A DNA stretch of 64,000 nucleotides from Flectonema sp. DT1601. Taxonomy: Eukaryota. A model generated the notes under the pieces. It was not told where the DNA came from. It worked only from the letters and a program-made list of their open reading frames with translations, and did no database searches. The stretch is taken from NCBI GenBank assembly GCA_964019425.1, contig OZ025803.1:434001-498000 (forward strand), written 5' to 3'. The translations under genes were made by a program, and so were the position numbers. Position 1 is the stretch's first letter. Each line of letters starts with the position of its first letter. This document shows, piece after piece, positions 59,322-64,000 of this stretch.

Positions 59322-60673
59322 TTTTTTTTTTTTTCGTGTTTGCGAATCCTTCTCTGAGAACTAGTTAATACGCTCCTCTGAGGCTTGGAAACGGCTGCAA
59401 GTAAGAAAAAAAAAAAAAAATTTACAAAAAAACATTAAAACTGAAAAGTAAGAAAAAAGAGGAAACGAAAAAAAAATGTTAACAAAAAAAAATAAATAGC
59501 GAATGTCACCTGATTCCTATTTACAATGTACCAACTGAGAAAAAACGACAGATCGATCACCAAGTGATCTCATATTCAAAAATGATATTTAATTTTTTTT
59601 TTTTTTTTTTTTTTTGATGTGTCCCAGATCACTTGCAACAAGAAATCTCCTTTTTCTAATAGAAGACCCCATGGGGAGAGTTTTAAAAATGCAAGTTCTC
59701 ATTTGATCACTGTTTTTGTGTTCTAACTGCTGTTGTTCAGTGTTCTTCAACGAGCTAGAACACAGAAAGCAGGGGGAAGAAAAGGAAAAAGAAAGAAAAA
59801 AAAAAAATTTTTTTTTAAGGAATACGATTGTTAAAACAGAATCGTAACCTTCTCTGCAAGTGAACAATAGAAGTTTGTCATTTCCTTCTTTTAGGAGCGG
59901 GAGACGTCGAAAAAAAAAAAAAAAAAAAAAAAAACAACTTCTATGCGGCATTCCCGTTTCCCGGGGGCATAACTGTGAGAAGTTATTGAATAAATAAGAA
60001 GAACGTTCTCTGCCGTCTGTGACATTTCCTAAAAAGGGTAGTGAGGGATAAACGGGAAGTAACCAACAAGTATGGATGCAGAGTCTTAACGTAATGTGCT
60101 GTGAAGTGATAGAAGGTAGTGAAGCAGTGCCTCAGCCTTTCTAACTATTCCTGTCGCAGTTGTCGTTATTGTGATTGCTAACAACAGAGAGATTTCTGTT
60201 CTCTCACTTTTTGTCTTTTGTCTTTTTTTTTTTTTTTTTTTTTCCTGCTTTGTTTCAAGTCGTTCTATTAATATTTCTTTTGGCTTCCCCACGTCGTTTC
60301 TTTCTTGGGAATCGTATTGGGGTGAAGTGTTCGACGAATACTAAGAAGCAGGTGCCTTCCTTATTTACGTCTCACAGGGAAGAGAACGAGTGAGACAGAG
60401 AGAGAGTGTGTCCGGGGGCTGCCGGGACCTTCATAAACAGGTCTGTGCGGGACTTGGGAAGGAGGAGACAGACATGGGAGAGAAAATGCATCGCAAACGA
60501 ACTGCTGAAGTAAGCTTCCAATTCCCGAGCGGGAAAGGGTTCAGGAAATGATACAAAAAGGAAATAGAAGAGGAAGGGAAATAAATAAAAAAAAAAGAAA
60601 ACTGTTCTGATATAAAAAATGAAAAAAAAAGGAGATTCTTTCCCCTGCCGCACAATACCTATTACGTTATCGA

Positions 60674-62074
60674 CTACTTCTTTCTCTTCTTGTTCTCGAG
60701 AGCAACAAGCATCGCGTCCACCTCGTGTTCAGAGAGGGCGTGTACGGCGTCGTTTTCTTTTGGTTTTGGAGGTAAACCATTAGCGTTATTAACTGGAGAT
60801 ATCGATCTCGAGCCTGTCTGTGGCTGTTGTGGCTGCTGCTGAGGCACCTGCGGGACCGGAAACGCAAGTGCTCCACCAAGAGAGGATTTTCTCGAGTTTG
60901 CGCCACTGCTCATCTTTGGTGATAACTGATCATGTTGAATGATAATACCAGCTTCAATTTGCATCACACCATCTCCTTCATACAACTGGTGTGGTGAAAC
61001 ATTTCCATTTGATGATCTTCTAGATCTGATACCTCCAACGGAGTCTTCTTCCTGCATTCCAAGACGGTAGCTGGAGAACTGTCCATCAACACCATCTGGT
61101 CCACACTTTAGGGTCTGAAGGTCAGCAACAATTGCAGCTCTAGTCGCAGGTTCTAATTCTGAGACGTTGCTGCATCTCCTGTTGTCAAAAACAGCCGGAA
61201 GTGGTAGCCCACCATCAAACATCATACCGTCGGTACTGAAAGTTGATGTTCTTCTGTCATGTTCAGAGAAGGCTGCGAGGCTGAGTCTGCGCTGGTTCTC
61301 AGCTGACAAAAGCGATGGCGGTTCTGAAACTGATGTTGCAGTACTTCCTCTTCGCTGTTCATCACTCATGAGAGACGGGTGGTCGCTACTCGCACTTCCC
61401 CTTCTTCCATAGCTACCGCAACCATTGCTGCTGACAAAATCAAAGGCGTCAGAAATTGAAACTCTTCTGCGGCTCTCAGGGGATATTGGAACTCTTCCTT
61501 TCATAACACACTCTGCTGCTTGTTTGGCAGCAGGTGGCATGGCGTCAAGGACAGCTGAACCAAACTGCTTGAAACGATCTTCAAGTCCTTCTTTCTTCTT
61601 GTGAACGTGAAGGAGCTGACAGGTCTCATTGGGACAGTGGCTACGGAGGAAATGAATACATCTGGGGACGCTGCTGGACGGCAATTTCCATTTGCGTTGG
61701 CAGACACGACAGCGGAGGATCTTTGAGCCTTTGCGAGTGCGGACGTCATCCCAGTCGTTGTGAATGCAGGGTCTGTGACTCGATGGTGGCATATTTGCGA
61801 TGTCATTATCATCGACGTCGACTGCTGCATCAGGTGGTGGAGTAGTTACGATAATTTGTTTTTGTTTGTTTACACGTTTTGCAATTGGAATCGTATTAAT
61901 AGGACTTCCTGTGTGATTGAGTACCGGACTTCCTCCGATCCTCGCCGTTGGAGACGCTGCACTGGACACGCTGCCAATTGGGCTTCCGGCCATGGCAGTT
62001 CTCATAGGAACCTGTCCCGTAATCTGAGGCTGCATGTGAACTGCATTTGGGTCGACTGCAACGAATTGCTGCAT
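60674..62074 (-). CDS. Zinc-finger protein (CxH...CxxC module plus C-x7-C-x4-C-x3-H CCCH-like finger), putative RNA-binding regulator
   Basis: CIHNDWDDVRTRKGSKILRCRVC followed by CIHFLRSHCPNETCQLLH; remainder low-complexity and Ser-rich. Confidence 0.82.
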   Translation of the reverse strand: MQQFVAVDPNAVHMQPQITGQVPMRTAMAGSPIGSVSSAASPTARIGGSPVLNHTGSPINTIPIAKRVNKQKQIIVTTPPPDAAVDVDDNDIANMPPSSHRPCIHNDWDDVRTRKGSKILRCRVCQRKWKLPSSSVPRCIHFLRSHCPNETCQLLHVHKKKEGLEDRFKQFGSAVLDAMPPAAKQAAECVMKGRVPISPESRRRVSISDAFDFVSSNGCGSYGRRGSASSDHPSLMSDEQRRGSTATSVSEPPSLLSAENQRRLSLAAFSEHDRRTSTFSTDGMMFDGGLPLPAVFDNRRCSNVSELEPATRAAIVADLQTLKCGPDGVDGQFSSYRLGMQEEDSVGGIRSRRSSNGNVSPHQLYEGDGVMQIEAGIIIQHDQLSPKMSSGANSRKSSLGGALAFPVPQVPQQQPQQPQTGSRSISPVNNANGLPPKPKENDAVHALSEHEVDAMLVALENKKRKK

Positions 62075-62445
62075 ACCAGGACCGTTTTGTTGCTGTTTTT
62101 TTTAATTGTTGTGTTATTTCTACAACTAAATAGCTAAACCAACTACATACGAAAAAGAAATACAAAACAAAACACATACAAAAGTAGGCATCACGAAGCA
62201 CGGTTGTTGAACAATTTGTTGCCCTGCGTTAAACGTCTGCTGAGTTGCGAGCATCTTTGGGCGGGGAGGGGACTGAAAAACATGCATGAATAATAAAATT
62301 AAGAATTAAATTCAAAGACAGGAAGAGTCTATAGACGAAGTATAACAACTATGGAACAATCTGTCGATTATCACCTTCATTCCCACACAACAATAACAGT
62401 AACAGTATAAGACAAAAAGTAGAGCATCTGTGGGTTGGGTGTTGC

Positions 62446-62931
62446 TCATGCTTTACAATGTTTAAGATCTTTTCTATCAGACTCTGACTTACGTTTTGCC
62501 GCTGCGTTGTCAAATGGGACATCAACTCGGTGTGGGGAGAAGTCAAAAATTGCTTTTGAATCGCTGTCGAAAACACAAATTAAAAGACTTTTTCGAACCT
62601 TTTCAGCAAGCCTAGCGAGCCCCTGAAGCTCTAACCAACTAAGGGAGTCAGCATGTGATGTAACGTGTACGCAATATTCTGAATGATATAAATTGGGATC
62701 TCCTCTATACAATACGAAGTCACAGCCGTACATGCCGCCACTTCTCACTGTAAATCCTTTACTTTCGTACCACTCTCGAACAGATGTTGTAGTCGGATCG
62801 ATGTCTGCCCATCCACTGGGGGCAGTGGTTGTAGCAATTTGCTTCTCAACGATGTCTTCACCTCTAAAATACTTCGTGACGTACCTTCCCCATGCTGGAT
62901 TTGGAAGGTTGCTACTTATTGAAGATAACAT
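62446..62931 (-). CDS. tRNA-splicing endonuclease catalytic subunit (Sen2/Sen34 family)
   Basis: KGFTVRSGGMYGCDFVLYRGDPNLYHS...RLAEKVRKSLLI with the Tyr/His/Lys catalytic triad; ATG at 62931. Confidence 0.88.
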   Translation of the reverse strand: MLSSISSNLPNPAWGRYVTKYFRGEDIVEKQIATTTAPSGWADIDPTTTSVREWYESKGFTVRSGGMYGCDFVLYRGDPNLYHSEYCVHVTSHADSLSWLELQGLARLAEKVRKSLLICVFDSDSKAIFDFSPHRVDVPFDNAAAKRKSESDRKDLKHCKA

Positions 62932-63268
62932 CAATTGGTGTTGGTACCTGTTGAAATTAAAGTAACGAGTGTGCTTCTGAGCTTCTGCTAAGATTTCTAA
63001 TCAAATTTCTCTCATACAGATTTGATAACAATCGCTGCAGGGGAAATAATATCATATTAACTCTCCAATGAAGAAAAAGAAAAAAAATCCAATCTTTTGG
63101 ACTACAAGTTGTAATTAATTAACTTTTACGTCATCTTTTAAGATGATTTTTTGTTTAACAAAACCGAAACATAAATATGTAAATCAAACCACTTCTGGTG
63201 TGCTTCAATCTTGAACAGGATGTTCCACCGCCTTCGTGTTGCAGAAGGCGTTTATCTATTGCGATAAA

Positions 63269-63955
63269 TTACTTCTTACTGGTTCCTAAAAGGTTTTGAA
63301 GATTATTAGTTAGTTTTGCGTTTGCCTTTTTCAGTAAAGCAACTTCCTGCTGATGGTTTTCAAAGTCTCGTTTACGTCTTTCAACTTCTTCCTGTTCAAC
63401 TACCTGACATTTTGCGAGAAGCTCCTCAACTCTTGCTGAGGATTCGGAGTTGTCATTTTCGAGATTTCGGATTTCATTTTCCATATCAGCTCGGAGAAGC
63501 TCGGCTTTCAATGCTTTTCGCATACCAAATGCTACAGAAGATTCGTATAGCGTTTTATATGTATTTATATTCATTCGAACCTCATCTCTAATTCCTAATA
63601 ATAACATTCCTCTCTCAACACAACTAACTGTCACTTGACGAATTAATTCATCAAATGTTTGTGCGTAAAGATCTTCTCTCACGGGACAAATTCCCATTTC
63701 TCTTGCATGTCGTTGTTGTAACTTTGCGTCTAATATTTCTTGTAAGTTTATTACGTCCATTTTAGTAGCTGGTGTGCTTGATACATATTGTATCCATTCA
63801 GCGTCTTCTTCCCTCCATTTTCTTGGAGGAACAATCGTATTTAATGTTTCCTCAGCTACTTGAGCAGGTCCTTTAGTGACCTTTCTCTTGTGAACTTCCG
63901 ATACGAGTACCGGATTCTCATAGCTCACAAGTGACTCAGGAGGGTGTTGGTTCAT
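63269..63955 (-). CDS. DNALI1: Axonemal inner-arm dynein light intermediate chain p28
   Basis: SLVSYENPVLV, PPRKW...WIQYVSSTPAT, AREMGICPVREDLYAQTFDELIRQVT, YKTLYESSVAFGMRKAL. Confidence 0.95.
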   Translation of the reverse strand: MNQHPPESLVSYENPVLVSEVHKRKVTKGPAQVAEETLNTIVPPRKWREEDAEWIQYVSSTPATKMDVINLQEILDAKLQQRHAREMGICPVREDLYAQTFDELIRQVTVSCVERGMLLLGIRDEVRMNINTYKTLYESSVAFGMRKALKAELLRADMENEIRNLENDNSESSARVEELLAKCQVVEQEEVERRKRDFENHQQEVALLKKANAKLTNNLQNLLGTSKK

Positions 63956-64000
63956 TGTGATTGCTTTTCAGCTTTTTTTTCTGTTATTGAAAAAAAAAAA

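Noticed and set aside
31000..60660. Dozens of 60-130 aa ORFs rich in Lys or Phe runs in the two deserts
   Set aside because: Translations of poly(A)/poly(T) tracts, many with non-ATG starts.
1..64000. Stop-codon reassignment as an explanation for odd ORF ends
   Set aside because: TAA, TAG and TGA all terminate genes here and long ORFs have no internal stops; the odd tails are explained by introns.

Overview
Eukaryotic (protist) genomic DNA, most consistent with a euglenozoan such as a diplonemid (inference from gene organisation, not from a search). All ~18 supportable genes lie on the minus strand, mostly as long uninterrupted ORFs. Most have a pyrimidine-rich AG shortly upstream of the ATG, as expected for a directional gene cluster resolved by spliced-leader trans-splicing. 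Genes include a P5A-type ATPase (cut by the window edge), a large COG0523/CobW fusion protein, cathepsin Z/X, glutaredoxin, a polyQ AlkB-like protein, an LRR protein, a type-B carboxylesterase, an ERCC6L/PICH-like SNF2 helicase, an SLBP-domain protein, a CCCH-type protein, a tRNA-splicing endonuclease subunit and dynein light chain p28. The main signal not shown by the ORF track is a set of eight short (63-87 nt) GT-AG introns. In the five long genes that carry them, an intron sits in the last 36-114 nt of the CDS. All eight have A-rich acceptors (mostly AAACAG) with no polypyrimidine tract, unlike the pyrimidine-rich acceptors in front of start codons. Splicing them restores coherent C-termini and reveals a hidden three-exon gene. 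The window also holds a 1.1 kb Mutator/Foldback-like element with a perfect 9-bp target-site duplication. Two long U-rich gene deserts (~20.5 kb and ~6.7 kb) lie directly downstream of the two putative RNA-binding regulators.
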